Shown: positions 1 through 9,571 of the stretch, one piece after another
Numbering within the stretch: position 1 is the stretch's first letter
Layout of the letters: each line of letters opens with the position of its first letter
Translations under genes and position numbers: made by a program
Notes under the pieces: generated by a model
Told to the model about the DNA's origin: nothing
Seen by the model: the letters and a program-made list of their open reading frames with translations, nothing else
Database searches by the model: none
Virus record (IMG/VR): IMGVR_UViG_3300024339_000012
Span: 25,237 to 89,236 of that record
Strand: one strand, 5' to 3'
Length of the DNA: 64,000 bases
Source: a virus

Positions 1-1
1 T

Positions 2-154
2 ATTACAATATTTTCAACAAGAGGAGCAACATTATATCCACAAGGAGGACTCGTTTCTATAAATGGAGGTGCATCTTTAACATTACCTCTAAGTACTTCA
101 TGGTTTATTCACATGAAGACAGCAACAAGATGGGTAGCAGTACAAATAAGTTAA
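2..154 (+). CDS. C-terminal fragment of a gene starting left of the window (tail-fibre/structural-like)
   Basis: Frame 2 is open from the window edge: ITIFSTRGATLYPQGGLVSINGGASLTLPLSTSWFIHMKTATRWVAVQIS*. Beta-rich end, lying upstream of the lysis genes. Confidence 0.5.
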   Translation: MTIFSTRGATLYPQGGLVSINGGASLTLPLSTSWFIHMKTATRWVAVQIS

Positions 155-177
155 ATAATGAAAAAAACAAAATAGCC

Positions 178-810
178 ATGTCAGTAGTAGTAGAGTCAAT
201 ACAAATAATAGGCAGTTCAGCAACAACATTGTTGTTAACCTTCCTTGGATTTAAAGGAAAGTTTAGATTTGATAAGTTCGACACTAAACTTGAAAACCTG
301 GAGATGAAAAATCAAGAAGAGTATGAACAGATCCAACGAACTATAGCCTATGTTAATTCAAGGGATAGTTTAAGCCATGCACTTGCAAAAGTCTGTAATA
401 GTAGTATTTCATATACAGTAGGAGATAATGACCTGAATACCTTTAAAACAATGTTCACTAACTCAATAATTAAGCTTGGTACTTCAACAGTACGTACAGG
501 TTTTAAGCATTTGAATAAAGATATCTTTCATGGATACATGGTTGTAGGTGGTACTGAAATAAAAAAATCATACGCTGAATTGGATGATGTATTTACTGCT
601 TTAGTGGATAATCATATTCAGGAAGCGTCTGAGGTTTACTATACTGGAATCCTTGCATTGATTAACGATGATGTGTTTAACGACAAGTATGACAGGTTTG
701 TTGATGCGACAATTTCTTTCCTAAGAACTGAGCTTATGATTATAACAAAACACTGGTGGAGTTATAAAGCAATGAGTGACCCTATTATTGAAAAGGAGGC
801 AAAAAAATAA
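178..810 (+). CDS. hypothetical protein with N-terminal hydrophobic segment
   Basis: ORF track 100..810. ATG 178 preferred because it follows the upstream stop at 154. IQIIGSSATTLLLTFLGF is hydrophobic. Confidence 0.6.
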   Translation: MSVVVESIQIIGSSATTLLLTFLGFKGKFRFDKFDTKLENLEMKNQEEYEQIQRTIAYVNSRDSLSHALAKVCNSSISYTVGDNDLNTFKTMFTNSIIKLGTSTVRTGFKHLNKDIFHGYMVVGGTEIKKSYAELDDVFTALVDNHIQEASEVYYTGILALINDDVFNDKYDRFVDATISFLRTELMIITKHWWSYKAMSDPIIEKEAKK

Positions 811-818
811 ATTCTTTA

Positions 819-826
819 TATATTTG
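819..826 (+). promoter_or_regulatory. Bacteroidota-type -7 promoter box (TATATTTG)
   Basis: Matches the TAnnTTTG consensus, intergenic, about 30 nt before ATG 854. Confidence 0.5.
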
Positions 827-853
827 CAATTAAATAAACTTAAAATCAAAACG

Positions 854-1210
854 ATGGGACTAATTAATTCAAACGGTAACTATGCTATTATCACTAATAC
901 TGACAAGCATAGAGTAGATGTTCAGGTTTACAAAGACAAAGCAGAACACGATGCAGGGCTAAATCCTTTCTTCGATACGTTCACTGCTGCATCTTTCCAA
1001 TGTGGTGAAGACTTGAACACAAAATATAGTACAACTGGGGCCAGTGGTGCAGGTGGTAAAACTGTTGCTGACAATGTAATCTTAGCTGCTGAAGCATGTG
1101 TTGCTGAACAGGCTGCTGTTGATGCTGATCGTCACAGAGTAGCAAAGCATGTTGATGGAGCAACCGAATATCTTGCTGGTGATTGGACTGTTTGGGCAGC
1201 TGCTGCCTAA
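854..1210 (+). CDS. hypothetical protein
   Basis: ORF track 776..1210; likely start MGLINSNG after the promoter box and an AT-rich leader. Confidence 0.6.
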   Translation: MGLINSNGNYAIITNTDKHRVDVQVYKDKAEHDAGLNPFFDTFTAASFQCGEDLNTKYSTTGASGAGGKTVADNVILAAEACVAEQAAVDADRHRVAKHVDGATEYLAGDWTVWAAAA

Positions 1211-1458
1211 TGTCCGAACCGGGCAACATAGAGCATCAAAAGACCTTTACTAACGCACAAGTAATAAGGATAGTTATAGCAACCATTCTAATTACTTTTA
1301 CGCTTACAGGTATCTTCTTTCGTTTTTTAGAGCTTGAGAAAGATATGAAATCTATGCAGACAATTCATGACTTAGAAACTCAAGTTTTGAAAGATAAAAT
1401 TGATTATGTTAATGAGAGATTATCACGTAAAATAGGAAAAGATGAACCAACTGATTGA
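1210..1458 (+). CDS. small membrane protein (one TM + coiled coil), lysis-region
   Basis: TAATG coupling at 1208-1212; IVIATILITFTLTGIFF hydrophobic helix followed by a heptad-rich tail. Confidence 0.55.
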   Translation: MSEPGNIEHQKTFTNAQVIRIVIATILITFTLTGIFFRFLELEKDMKSMQTIHDLETQVLKDKIDYVNERLSRKIGKDEPTD

Positions 1459-1825
1459 TTACTTAAAAGAACTTGACTGGTTACTATTAGGGTTTATTGC
1501 CCTGTGTGGATTAGCCAATAGGTTATTCGACGAGTTACAAGACCATTCAATGACTAACAGGTGGACAAAGTTCACTTGGTTTCTGAATACTAATGAGGGA
1601 TGGAAAAGGAAGTGGAAAAAAGGCAGTACAACAATTCCTCGATTTTGGTTATCCTCTACAGCCCTCGTATTTGTCACTGATGGCGAACACCTTTTCCAAT
1701 TCCTTAAAAATAGAATGATTGAAGTAGCCTTACTGATCATATGCTGGCAGTTTGCTGTTGTATGGATAGTTGGCTCAATACTCATGTCGTTCATTAAAGA
1801 GAAGTTCTTAAAAAGAGTACAATGA
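1442..1825 (+). CDS. multi-pass membrane protein
   Basis: Several hydrophobic segments, Trp-rich, FVTDGEHLFQ motif. Confidence 0.55.
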   Translation: MNQLIDYLKELDWLLLGFIALCGLANRLFDELQDHSMTNRWTKFTWFLNTNEGWKRKWKKGSTTIPRFWLSSTALVFVTDGEHLFQFLKNRMIEVALLIICWQFAVVWIVGSILMSFIKEKFLKRVQ

Positions 1826-2076
1826 AACAGTCAATAATAAAAGATGAAAGAGGAAAGACCAGTAGCAAACGAGTTACAGGTCTTTTGCTCATTGTATATG
1901 CCTTGGTTGTGACTACACTTGATGGATTTGATTTCTTTGATGTAGATGCCACTATAATCATATCATTACTATCCTTGGCTGCAGCTATGCTAAGTTTAGA
2001 TTCAGTAACAGATATTTGGAAACAAAACTCAGGAAATAATGGCACGACAACGAACACTCAAGGGGAGCCGGACTAA
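1822..2076 (+). CDS. putative holin
   Basis: 84 aa with two TM helices after a GKTSSKR motif, directly upstream of the putative endolysin. Confidence 0.55.
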   Translation: MKQSIIKDERGKTSSKRVTGLLLIVYALVVTTLDGFDFFDVDATIIISLLSLAAAMLSLDSVTDIWKQNSGNNGTTTNTQGEPD

Positions 2077-2503
2077 TTACTATTCTCGCACTACTATTGG
2101 AAAACTCCATGTAGAAGGACAGTATTTCGGTTTCACATTAGAAGATACCGTAAGACCTTTTGGTATCAAACTCTACGGAGAAACAGCAATACCTGAAAAT
2201 CCCATCGAGGGTTACAAAATAGGTATTCATTACTCAGCAAGATTCAAAAGAGAAGTTCTTATTATTTATACCGAAGCCGATGGCAAGACACTCAAGTACG
2301 GGGGGATCTCCTTTGAGTACACTTACTTTCATGGTATGAATACTCACGAACATACTTTAGGCTGTGTTGGTATAGCTAAGAACCATAATGCAAATACTAT
2401 TCAAGGCTCATTGGAAAAGGAACTATTTGATAAAGTAGCACCTTGGGTAAGAGCTGGTGATGATGTTCGTTATTTCGTAGAGAACCAACCTCAAGCAGCA
2501 TGA
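2039..2503 (+). CDS. DUF5675-family (L,D-peptidase-like) putative endolysin
   Basis: TIGKL...FTLED...GETAIP...FHGMN...HTLGCVG motif pattern typical of DUF5675; lies between holin-like and spanin-like genes. Confidence 0.75.
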   Translation: MARQRTLKGSRTNYYSRTTIGKLHVEGQYFGFTLEDTVRPFGIKLYGETAIPENPIEGYKIGIHYSARFKREVLIIYTEADGKTLKYGGISFEYTYFHGMNTHEHTLGCVGIAKNHNANTIQGSLEKELFDKVAPWVRAGDDVRYFVENQPQAA

Positions 2504-2838
2504 TACAAAAAAATCTATTCCTAATATGCGCCCTAATTGCTATGGGCATATTTGCTTACCTGTATTTCACTAAGGAAACCCTAATTGTAAACACCGGTGA
2601 TGCTGAGATACTGAAACTAAAAACTGAAATTTCCACTCTTGAAAATGCATACAATCTGGATATTGAAAGATTGCAGGATAGTATTGCCAGGGAAATACAT
2701 GTAAAGGATTCAATCATAAAACAGAAGAATGTTAACTACTGGTACTTAAAAAAGAAGCATGAAAAAGAACTTGCTGATATTATGGATATGCCTATTGACA
2801 GTCTCTATAAGCTATTCTCAAGACTCACTACAGAGTAA
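2500..2838 (+). CDS. i-spanin-like protein (N-terminal TM + coiled coil)
   Basis: N-terminal TM helix then a long coiled coil; overlaps the next gene; follows the endolysin. Confidence 0.5.
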   Translation: MIQKNLFLICALIAMGIFAYLYFTKETLIVNTGDAEILKLKTEISTLENAYNLDIERLQDSIAREIHVKDSIIKQKNVNYWYLKKKHEKELADIMDMPIDSLYKLFSRLTTE

Positions 2839-3163
2839 GAAATACTTTGTTACAGCAGACCAGCTCAGGGTATCTGTATTCAAGATGGTACGATTTGAGC
2901 AGTTAGAAATTGAAGTGGATTCTCTCGTTAAGATTAATGAAGACCTGTCCGTTTTAAACCTTGACTATTTCAACCAGAGCGAGATTGATAAGCGTGCCAT
3001 TGAGAACCTTAAAAAACGCGTTGTTCACTATAAAGATTACGTGGTCCGGGATAGTATTCAAGATGTGAAAATAAAAAAAGATAATAAAAAGAAAAGAGTA
3101 AAGCAGGGTATAGTTGCTGTTTCTGCAGGTATAATTGTTGGACTATTATTGTCTTTGCTTTAA
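2759..3163 (+). CDS. spanin-partner-like secreted coiled-coil protein with C-terminal TM
   Basis: Signal peptide ending SYS-Q, coiled coil, C-terminal GIVAVSAGIIVGLLLSLL; overlaps the upstream gene by about 80 nt. Confidence 0.45.
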   Translation: MKKNLLILWICLLTVSISYSQDSLQSKKYFVTADQLRVSVFKMVRFEQLEIEVDSLVKINEDLSVLNLDYFNQSEIDKRAIENLKKRVVHYKDYVVRDSIQDVKIKKDNKKKRVKQGIVAVSAGIIVGLLLSLL

Positions 3164-3216
3164 ATGAAAATTAAGTACATTTACCAAATATTTATATAAA
3201 TTAAATTCTCTCTCTA

Positions 3217-4260
3217 ATGAAAAAAATTATTATTAATGCAGATCTCGCTTTCATGCAGACTGCCCTACAGGGTAAAGGAATTAACTCCAAGCCAAAAGCC
3301 ACACACAGGATCACCGTATCACGTAGACGTAAGCAAATAGATGCTGAATTAAAGCATATTGGCGAAGCTATGGCAGCTGACGACGACTACAAAGAATACA
3401 TTACCGAACTTAAAGAATTAAAGGATAAGTACTGTGATAAAACCGAATCAGGTAAGCCTGTTGAGGAAGAAGTCGGCACCGGTAAGGAAAAAGTTAAAAT
3501 CCCTGTTATTACCAAAAAGCTCGATACTTATATGAAAGCAATGCAGAACCTTAAAAAGAAACATAAGGTTGCTATTGATAAGTACGATACTATTAATGAA
3601 ACCTATGAAGAAAGTTTACTGGAAGTTGCTGATGTGAAACTCGCACCTGTTGTATTGGCTGACTTTGTACAGGAAAAAACAGCCTTCGGTGAACTGTTTG
3701 GTTTGTTCCCACTAATTGATGATTTTGAAGATGATAAACTGTTAAAGACCAAGGTTGATATTACTCTTACTGTACGTGAGATAATGGGTCGTGAGAATGT
3801 GGTTGGACTATTCAGCCCTCAAACTGTCACACAGCTTAATTCATTCATTAATTGGGATCTTAATCTTATACTTGCTTTTAACTTGAGATCAATACGTTCT
3901 CATGGATTTTTGATCAAAAAGGAAAAAGTATATGCCGATTACTTTGATGGTTACGAAAATAAACGTAACAAGCTAATTATTAAGCATTCGAAAAAGAACA
4001 TTGACGATATGCCAATAGTAAGTGAAAATAGCTATGTCCTTGAAGATGCATCATTATTCAACAAGGAAATGGCTGTACTTGAAAAAGAGTCAAAAGGTAT
4101 TATAAAAGCCTTTGATAAATTCTTAGACAAGGAAATAATAGTCAAAGCTGTAATGATTCCTGATGTTCTGTTAACAGAGCTTGATAAATTACTTGAAGAC
4201 GATGAATTCAAGATAAGTATCCAGCAGTCTGACATTCTCGACTATTTTGTAAAAATTTAG
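3217..4260 (+). CDS. hypothetical protein with two internally similar halves (possible assembly chaperone)
   Basis: 347-aa ORF; ELKELKDKYCDKTESGKPV and KRNKLIIKHSKKNIDDMPI are similar segments. Confidence 0.5.
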   Translation: MKKIIINADLAFMQTALQGKGINSKPKATHRITVSRRRKQIDAELKHIGEAMAADDDYKEYITELKELKDKYCDKTESGKPVEEEVGTGKEKVKIPVITKKLDTYMKAMQNLKKKHKVAIDKYDTINETYEESLLEVADVKLAPVVLADFVQEKTAFGELFGLFPLIDDFEDDKLLKTKVDITLTVREIMGRENVVGLFSPQTVTQLNSFINWDLNLILAFNLRSIRSHGFLIKKEKVYADYFDGYENKRNKLIIKHSKKNIDDMPIVSENSYVLEDASLFNKEMAVLEKESKGIIKAFDKFLDKEIIVKAVMIPDVLLTELDKLLEDDEFKISIQQSDILDYFVKI

Positions 4261-4315
4261 TTTAGAACAGAATAATTTCTTTACTTTTGTTTCATATATA
4301 TATAAAATTTATGAA

Positions 4316-6196
4316 ATGAAAGAAAAAACAATTTGCCTTACATTTATCTGCAAAGACAACGAAGACACTATCAAAAGAATGATTGATAGTTGTCTTCCTC
4401 TTGTCGACGAGATCATTGCCTGTGACACCGGATCAAAAGACGACACAGTAAAACTGATCCATAAATTCAAAAAAAACCTCCCCGTAACCACATACTACCA
4501 CAAATGGAAGAATTTCGGTCATAACCGAACCCTTATGATGCAAGCAGCTGCTAAGTCCAAATGCGATTATATATTAGTAATGGACAGCGACGAAAAGATG
4601 ATGCATTTAGAATCCTTTGATTTTAAGAATATGGTTGGTGACGTTGTTATGATAAAAACTGTTTCAGGTAGCATGGAATACTATAGAGACAGGATGTTCA
4701 AAAATAGCCATGACTGGAAATGGATAGGCTATGCCCACGAGTACCCACATTCAGAAACATTCAAACTAAAGCAGCATGCCAAATCAATACAGCTCGAACT
4801 GTATCCTAAACATAACTCAAACCACATTACCCGTAACTACAACCTATTACAGGAAGAGGAAAAAGACGGCCTCGCAACTTCAAGAACATATTTCTACTTA
4901 GGACAATCTGCTAAAGACCTCGGCTTACTTAATGAAGCTTTGGAATATTACATGAAGTGTATTGGTCTTGCAATTTGGGATCAGGAAAAGTTCTTTGCAT
5001 TGTATGACATTGCCAGGATAAATCATCAGCTAAATAAATTCGATATTGCTCAGGAGTATTATCTCAAAGCACATGAAGTATTACCTGAAAGGGCAGAGCC
5101 TTTATATAATCTCGCTAAGTGCCTAAGAGAGCAGGAACTATACAATCAAGCACTAATATATTTAAAAGTCGCTTTAGGCATTCCTATTCCATCTGATGGA
5201 CTATTCCTTGAGTGGGCTGTATATAAGTATTTGATCGAATTTGAAATGTCAATTTGCAGTTACTGGACAGAAGATTATATGAAAGCATTAATCTGTTCTA
5301 AAAAGGTAAAAGAAACGATTACAGCTGACAAAATATCTGATCATGGGGTAGAAGTACAAAATCTAAAGAACATATCATATACCCGTCTTAAATTGATTGC
5401 TCAGGGAAATTTGGACATACTTATAATAGAGCTTCCTGAAGGATATGACGGACTTGGTGATCATTTGTTATTTTCACACATTCCGGAACTTGCAAAAAAG
5501 AAAGGTTTTAAGGAAGTTCTTGTAAGTGACCATAACAAATATAAGACTGCAGGAACTAAAGAAGCAGTATGGGAAACCAATCCTTTTGTTGATGGATTCA
5601 TTGATGAGAGAGGAACCCACTTTGATGCAGCACAGCTATTCGAAATACTCAACGGTAAACCTATTGTAAATAACATGCCAATGCTTAAACAGATATCAAT
5701 GGTCTATGATGTGTACGATGATGACTACAATGGTTTGCCAATACTGTATATGGGTGAAAGAAAGTCTGTATTTGACAATGTACAGGAACTTGTTGATTTA
5801 GAAATGAAAAAAACAAGAGAGGGTAAAAATAAACACTTGTTTTATGATGGTAACTGGAAGCATTATGCCGGTATTGAACAGAAAGATGTGGATGATTATT
5901 TTTTAACAAATTCTGAAATATATGACCTTGAATATCCTGTTAAGTATCAGGCTGAAAATTTAGGAAGTTGTTTAACTGCAAAAGTTCTTGGAATGGATGA
6001 ATGGGAAACGGGAACACTTGAAACCTACATACTAAGAATACTTGCCTGTCACAGATTCATATGCCTTATGTCAGGTGGAAGTGTTGTATCCGCAGCGATA
6101 GGAAAACCATGTGTTGTTATTGATGATAAATCAAGTAGCAAATACTATAAATTTCCACAGATTAATTTTTATTTATCCGATATACCAGATGCTTAA
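4316..6196 (+). CDS. GT2 glycosyltransferase + TPR repeats + C-terminal GT-B-like (GT9-like) domain
   Basis: ICLTFICKDNE...DTGSKDDT...NFGHNR...MDSDE (GT-A DxD) and W.GYAHE; TPRs (RTYFYLGQS, PERAEPLYNLA); GLGDHLL...SGGSVVSAAIGKP GT-B-like motifs. Confidence 0.85.
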   Translation: MKEKTICLTFICKDNEDTIKRMIDSCLPLVDEIIACDTGSKDDTVKLIHKFKKNLPVTTYYHKWKNFGHNRTLMMQAAAKSKCDYILVMDSDEKMMHLESFDFKNMVGDVVMIKTVSGSMEYYRDRMFKNSHDWKWIGYAHEYPHSETFKLKQHAKSIQLELYPKHNSNHITRNYNLLQEEEKDGLATSRTYFYLGQSAKDLGLLNEALEYYMKCIGLAIWDQEKFFALYDIARINHQLNKFDIAQEYYLKAHEVLPERAEPLYNLAKCLREQELYNQALIYLKVALGIPIPSDGLFLEWAVYKYLIEFEMSICSYWTEDYMKALICSKKVKETITADKISDHGVEVQNLKNISYTRLKLIAQGNLDILIIELPEGYDGLGDHLLFSHIPELAKKKGFKEVLVSDHNKYKTAGTKEAVWETNPFVDGFIDERGTHFDAAQLFEILNGKPIVNNMPMLKQISMVYDVYDDDYNGLPILYMGERKSVFDNVQELVDLEMKKTREGKNKHLFYDGNWKHYAGIEQKDVDDYFLTNSEIYDLEYPVKYQAENLGSCLTAKVLGMDEWETGTLETYILRILACHRFICLMSGGSVVSAAIGKPCVVIDDKSSSKYYKFPQINFYLSDIPDA

Positions 6197-6824
6197 GCAA
6201 TATGAAAAATTACCCAGCGGCGTTGTCAAACAGAAACGCATACGACAATCAGGATCTTCTCTGGTTGACTACAAGAAAGCCTACAATGATTTAGGACAGA
6301 TCGTTGAGAATATGTCATATCTTAGACTTGGCTATATTTTAGGTGTTATTAACAAGCCCGGAAGTTTACTCGATGTTGGATACGGCAATGCATCATTCCT
6401 TAGAGTAGCAAGTAGTGTTATTACCAGATGTTACGGCTATGACATTAATGACTATCCAGTACCAGATAATGTACAGCGTATTAATAATATGAAAAACTCA
6501 TACTATGATGTGATAACGTTCTTTGATAGCTTAGAACACTTTACTAACATAGACTTTGTTGGAGATTTAAGATGCAGTTTTATAGTTGTGTCAGTTCCGG
6601 AGTGTCACTATCCTGAAAACACAGAATGGTTTATCGGGTGGAAACATAGAAGACCTGACGAACACATATTTCACTTCAGTAGAAAAGCACTACTTAGGTT
6701 TATGGCCTCTCATGGATATACTTGTGTAGGTATTGGCAATGTTGAGGATTCTATACGTGGTAATCTCAATGGAGAAACCAATATTTTAACGGGAGTATTT
6801 AAGAAGATAAACGTACAGGTATGA
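6189..6824 (+). CDS. class I SAM-dependent methyltransferase
   Basis: LLDVGYGNASFL motif I; YDVITFFDSLEHF; probable ATG at 6189. Confidence 0.85.
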   Translation: MLKQYEKLPSGVVKQKRIRQSGSSLVDYKKAYNDLGQIVENMSYLRLGYILGVINKPGSLLDVGYGNASFLRVASSVITRCYGYDINDYPVPDNVQRINNMKNSYYDVITFFDSLEHFTNIDFVGDLRCSFIVVSVPECHYPENTEWFIGWKHRRPDEHIFHFSRKALLRFMASHGYTCVGIGNVEDSIRGNLNGETNILTGVFKKINVQV

Positions 6825-7309
6825 TCGATATTATAAAATACAAAGGCGATATATATCCTGAATTTCAAACAATAGGATTTGCATCACAATTTGCTATTCC
6901 TTATGCAAAGCATGTATGCAAAGGCAAGGGCGTTGACATAGGTTGTGGTAAAGAAGAATGGGCTTTTCCGGGAGCTATGATTGTAGATACTAAGATTAGC
7001 TATAATGCAATGGAATTTCCTCATTCGAATTTAGATTATATCTTTTCCTCTCATACGTTGGAACATTTACCTTTATGGGTAGAGGCATTAGATTACTGGA
7101 CACACAAACTAAAATCAGGTGGTACATTGTTTTTGTACCTGCCCGACTATTCTCAAGAGTATTGGAGACCATGGAATAACAGAAAACACTTCAATATATT
7201 TACACCTGAAATAATTGAAGATTACATGGAAGAACATGGGTATCACAAGATATTTCGTTCATGTGTTGATCTTAACAATTCATTTATGATAATGGGAGAG
7301 AAGTTATGA
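6821..7309 (+). CDS. class I SAM-dependent methyltransferase (Methyltransf_11-like)
   Basis: GVDIGCG; LDYIFSSHTLEH; LKSGGTLFLYLP. Confidence 0.85.
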   Translation: MIDIIKYKGDIYPEFQTIGFASQFAIPYAKHVCKGKGVDIGCGKEEWAFPGAMIVDTKISYNAMEFPHSNLDYIFSSHTLEHLPLWVEALDYWTHKLKSGGTLFLYLPDYSQEYWRPWNNRKHFNIFTPEIIEDYMEEHGYHKIFRSCVDLNNSFMIMGEKL

Positions 7310-7539
7310 CAGAACAGTATAACCAAGTATGTGAGTGGCATGGGGATTTAGCAATACATCTGCTATGGTGGCCTGTTGGGTTTGTTGATAAGCATGTTTA
7401 TGATGGTATTGGCGTTCTTAATTACATGGAAAAAGAAATGAGTAGAATGTCAGGAATACCGAAGGATATGTTTGGCCCTAAGACATCAACCAGTTTATTA
7501 TTACTTGATATGTCAAAAAAAGTACCCCGACTTGATTAG
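7306..7539 (+). CDS. hypothetical protein
   Basis: ATGA-coupled 77-aa ORF. Confidence 0.45.
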   Translation: MTEQYNQVCEWHGDLAIHLLWWPVGFVDKHVYDGIGVLNYMEKEMSRMSGIPKDMFGPKTSTSLLLLDMSKKVPRLD

Positions 7540-7566
7540 TCAGGGTACTTAACTTATTTTTGCAGT

Positions 7567-7824
7567 ATGACACAAGATCAATTAGATATCCTTTGCGTAA
7601 ATACTCAGTCCGATATTGGAGATCAGGCAGTAGTACTGGTAAGGCTCATTAAAAATGTAGACCTAAGCGCACAAGCCTATGCAGCAAATTTCTTTGCCCT
7701 GCATGCACACATGAAATCTATTCAACATATGGACATTGATTCAGGAGACCTGACCGATGAACAAATGTTCCTGTGCCAACAAAATATTACATGGTTGGTA
7801 AACAATGCCCAGCGTTGGCATTAA
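7567..7824 (+). CDS. hypothetical protein
   Basis: 85-aa ORF after a hairpin at 7520-7550. Confidence 0.55.
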   Translation: MTQDQLDILCVNTQSDIGDQAVVLVRLIKNVDLSAQAYAANFFALHAHMKSIQHMDIDSGDLTDEQMFLCQQNITWLVNNAQRWH

Positions 7825-7930
7825 TCATGTACCTGCATAATCCTTGCCGGGGCGTCAACCAATCTGTTTCGTGATTCAGCCCCATAAATTCTGCGATTCT
7901 TTTATTGTTTTCCATATTATATATTTTTAT

Positions 7931-8524
7931 CTATTTATTGTTTTCTTCCACTTTATGCATGGCGTCATTATATATTTCTTCTATTTCCTCCTTCTTTGCG
8001 TAAGGACAATCTTCTAAAGCATCTTCTAAAGTAAGGTGCTCATCAGCAAACATCGAACTTAAATCAGATTCCCAACCTATAATATTTTCTATGTATCGCC
8101 ATTCCCCATAAGAGTACTCCTCATCTTTTACTATTCCGCTTTGATTAAATGTTGTCCTACCTGCGAAATCACATCCAGGTTCTTCATACTCTATACATGC
8201 TTCAAGTTCGTACTTTTTACAAATTTCTTCGACAAGTTTAATTGGGGGGGACCAAGCAGAATCACCAATGACTATTAATCCATTATCATTCCATTCAATT
8301 TCAAAATCAAACCATTTAGTCCCATACATATAGTAGACACCAAAGTCAGTTCCATACTTTTTTTCAAAGCCTTCGCCTCCATCAAGTTCACCTTTACCTA
8401 TAACATATTCACTCCACTCCGTAAAGTATTCAGATTTGTCATAAGTTTTTAATTTCTCTTCTAATTTGTTGAGAGCAGTTTTACTGCCATCAAACGATAT
8501 CCAGTTGTAACAATAATTTGCCAT
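7931..8524 (-). CDS. DUF1281/YubB ferredoxin-like domain protein
   Basis: MANYCYN..., YGTKW.D, DSAWSPP and YEEPGCDFAG motifs. Confidence 0.75.
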   Translation of the reverse strand: MANYCYNWISFDGSKTALNKLEEKLKTYDKSEYFTEWSEYVIGKGELDGGEGFEKKYGTDFGVYYMYGTKWFDFEIEWNDNGLIVIGDSAWSPPIKLVEEICKKYELEACIEYEEPGCDFAGRTTFNQSGIVKDEEYSYGEWRYIENIIGWESDLSSMFADEHLTLEDALEDCPYAKKEEIEEIYNDAMHKVEENNK

Positions 8525-8563
8525 ACTATATAGTTTTATTATATTCGTTTTTAATTCTTTTAG

Positions 8564-8740
8564 TTATTCACTTGTTATCAGTAGTACTTCTCCTTCTGGA
8601 TATCCACTACTTCCTTTTCTATACTCTTCAACTTCAACAACCCAATAATTAGTCGGATCATCGCTGCCGCTCATGACTGTGTTTACTTCACTATCAGGGT
8701 CACAAAACTGTAACTCGTGTATTAATTCTTGTACTGTCAT
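8564..8740 (-). CDS. small hypothetical protein (58 aa, not in the ORF track)
   Basis: Translated by hand: MTVQELIHELQFCDPDSEV...LLITSE*, a common small phage ORF start. Confidence 0.6.
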   Translation of the reverse strand: MTVQELIHELQFCDPDSEVNTVMSGSDDPTNYWVVEVEEYRKGSSGYPEGEVLLITSE

Positions 8741-8773
8741 AATGCTTAGTTTAAATTTTTAAGTCTATTTTGT

Positions 8774-9043
8774 TTAATCAAAATGTGAATACAACCCTTG
8801 TAAGAAATTAGGAACAGAGTTGTGTTGTTCAATTCCATCTTCATCGCCTGAATGTTCAACCATAGAGGTGCCACCGACTTTTAGGGTAACTGTTATGGTT
8901 TTATCTCTACGAACTATTGAATCTATACCAATAGAGGCATATCCTTCCCAACAGAAAGCATCTTCAATTCTGAGTTCTTCGTCGACTGACTTTATAAACT
9001 CTTCATTCACTGTTAATTTTTTCATATCTCTTAATTTATGCAA
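8774..9043 (-). CDS. hypothetical protein
   Basis: ORF in a tightly packed minus-strand run. Confidence 0.5.
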   Translation of the reverse strand: MHKLRDMKKLTVNEEFIKSVDEELRIEDAFCWEGYASIGIDSIVRRDKTITVTLKVGGTSMVEHSGDEDGIEQHNSVPNFLQGLYSHFD

Positions 9044-9246
9044 ACTGAATTAATTGGTTGGTCATCTTGTAAGTCATCTGTACTGAAATCATCATTCTCA
9101 TCCAAATGTCCTTTTGTTGGTGTAAACAGAACTTTGTTGTAGGAGTTTCCTTCATCGTCTGAACTTGAAACAACTTCCATTTCTTTACACTCAGGATTTT
9201 TGTTCAGGAAATCATTAAGTGTTGCTACGTAATCTATAAATTTCAT
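9031..9246 (-). CDS. hypothetical phage protein
   Basis: SSDDEGNSY motif seen in many small phage proteins. Confidence 0.6.
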   Translation of the reverse strand: MKFIDYVATLNDFLNKNPECKEMEVVSSSDDEGNSYNKVLFTPTKGHLDENDDFSTDDLQDDQPINSVCIN

Positions 9247-9497
9247 TATTCTATGGGTTTAGTAGGCTTAATAGCCTGTAAGTAATCATCATAACCTATT
9301 CGTATTCCATCGTACTTTATAAAGCTACATCTTCCAATGTGAGCCCAATAAATAGAGTCTTTCCAATGCTGATATTTTACTAATTCTGTAATACTATCAG
9401 TTAGGATTGTGTTCTTTGATTGCTCGTCATGTACCTGTCTTACAGATACAACACATACAGCAACCAATAATGCAATTATTACTACCGATACTTTCAT
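9246..9497 (-). CDS. hypothetical protein with signal/TM segment
   Basis: N-terminal hydrophobic stretch. Confidence 0.5.
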   Translation of the reverse strand: MKVSVVIIALLVAVCVVSVRQVHDEQSKNTILTDSITELVKYQHWKDSIYWAHIGRCSFIKYDGIRIGYDDYLQAIKPTKPIE

Positions 9498-9525
9498 AAA
9501 TAATAAGTGTTAGTTAAAAACAAAA

Positions 9526-9551
9526 AGCCCCATAACTTTCGTTATGAGGCT
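9526..9551 (-). terminator. intrinsic terminator
   Basis: agccccataac/gttatgaggct stem (one G-U pair on the minus strand) followed by a U-run on the minus strand. Confidence 0.6.
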
Positions 9552-9571
9552 CACAGATGAAATATTCCCTA

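Noticed and set aside
7786-7914. Minus-strand mini-ORF starting MENNKRIAEFMG, possibly a truncated gene remnant
   Set aside because: Only about 42 codons and it overlaps the end of the convergent gene; too little evidence to call.
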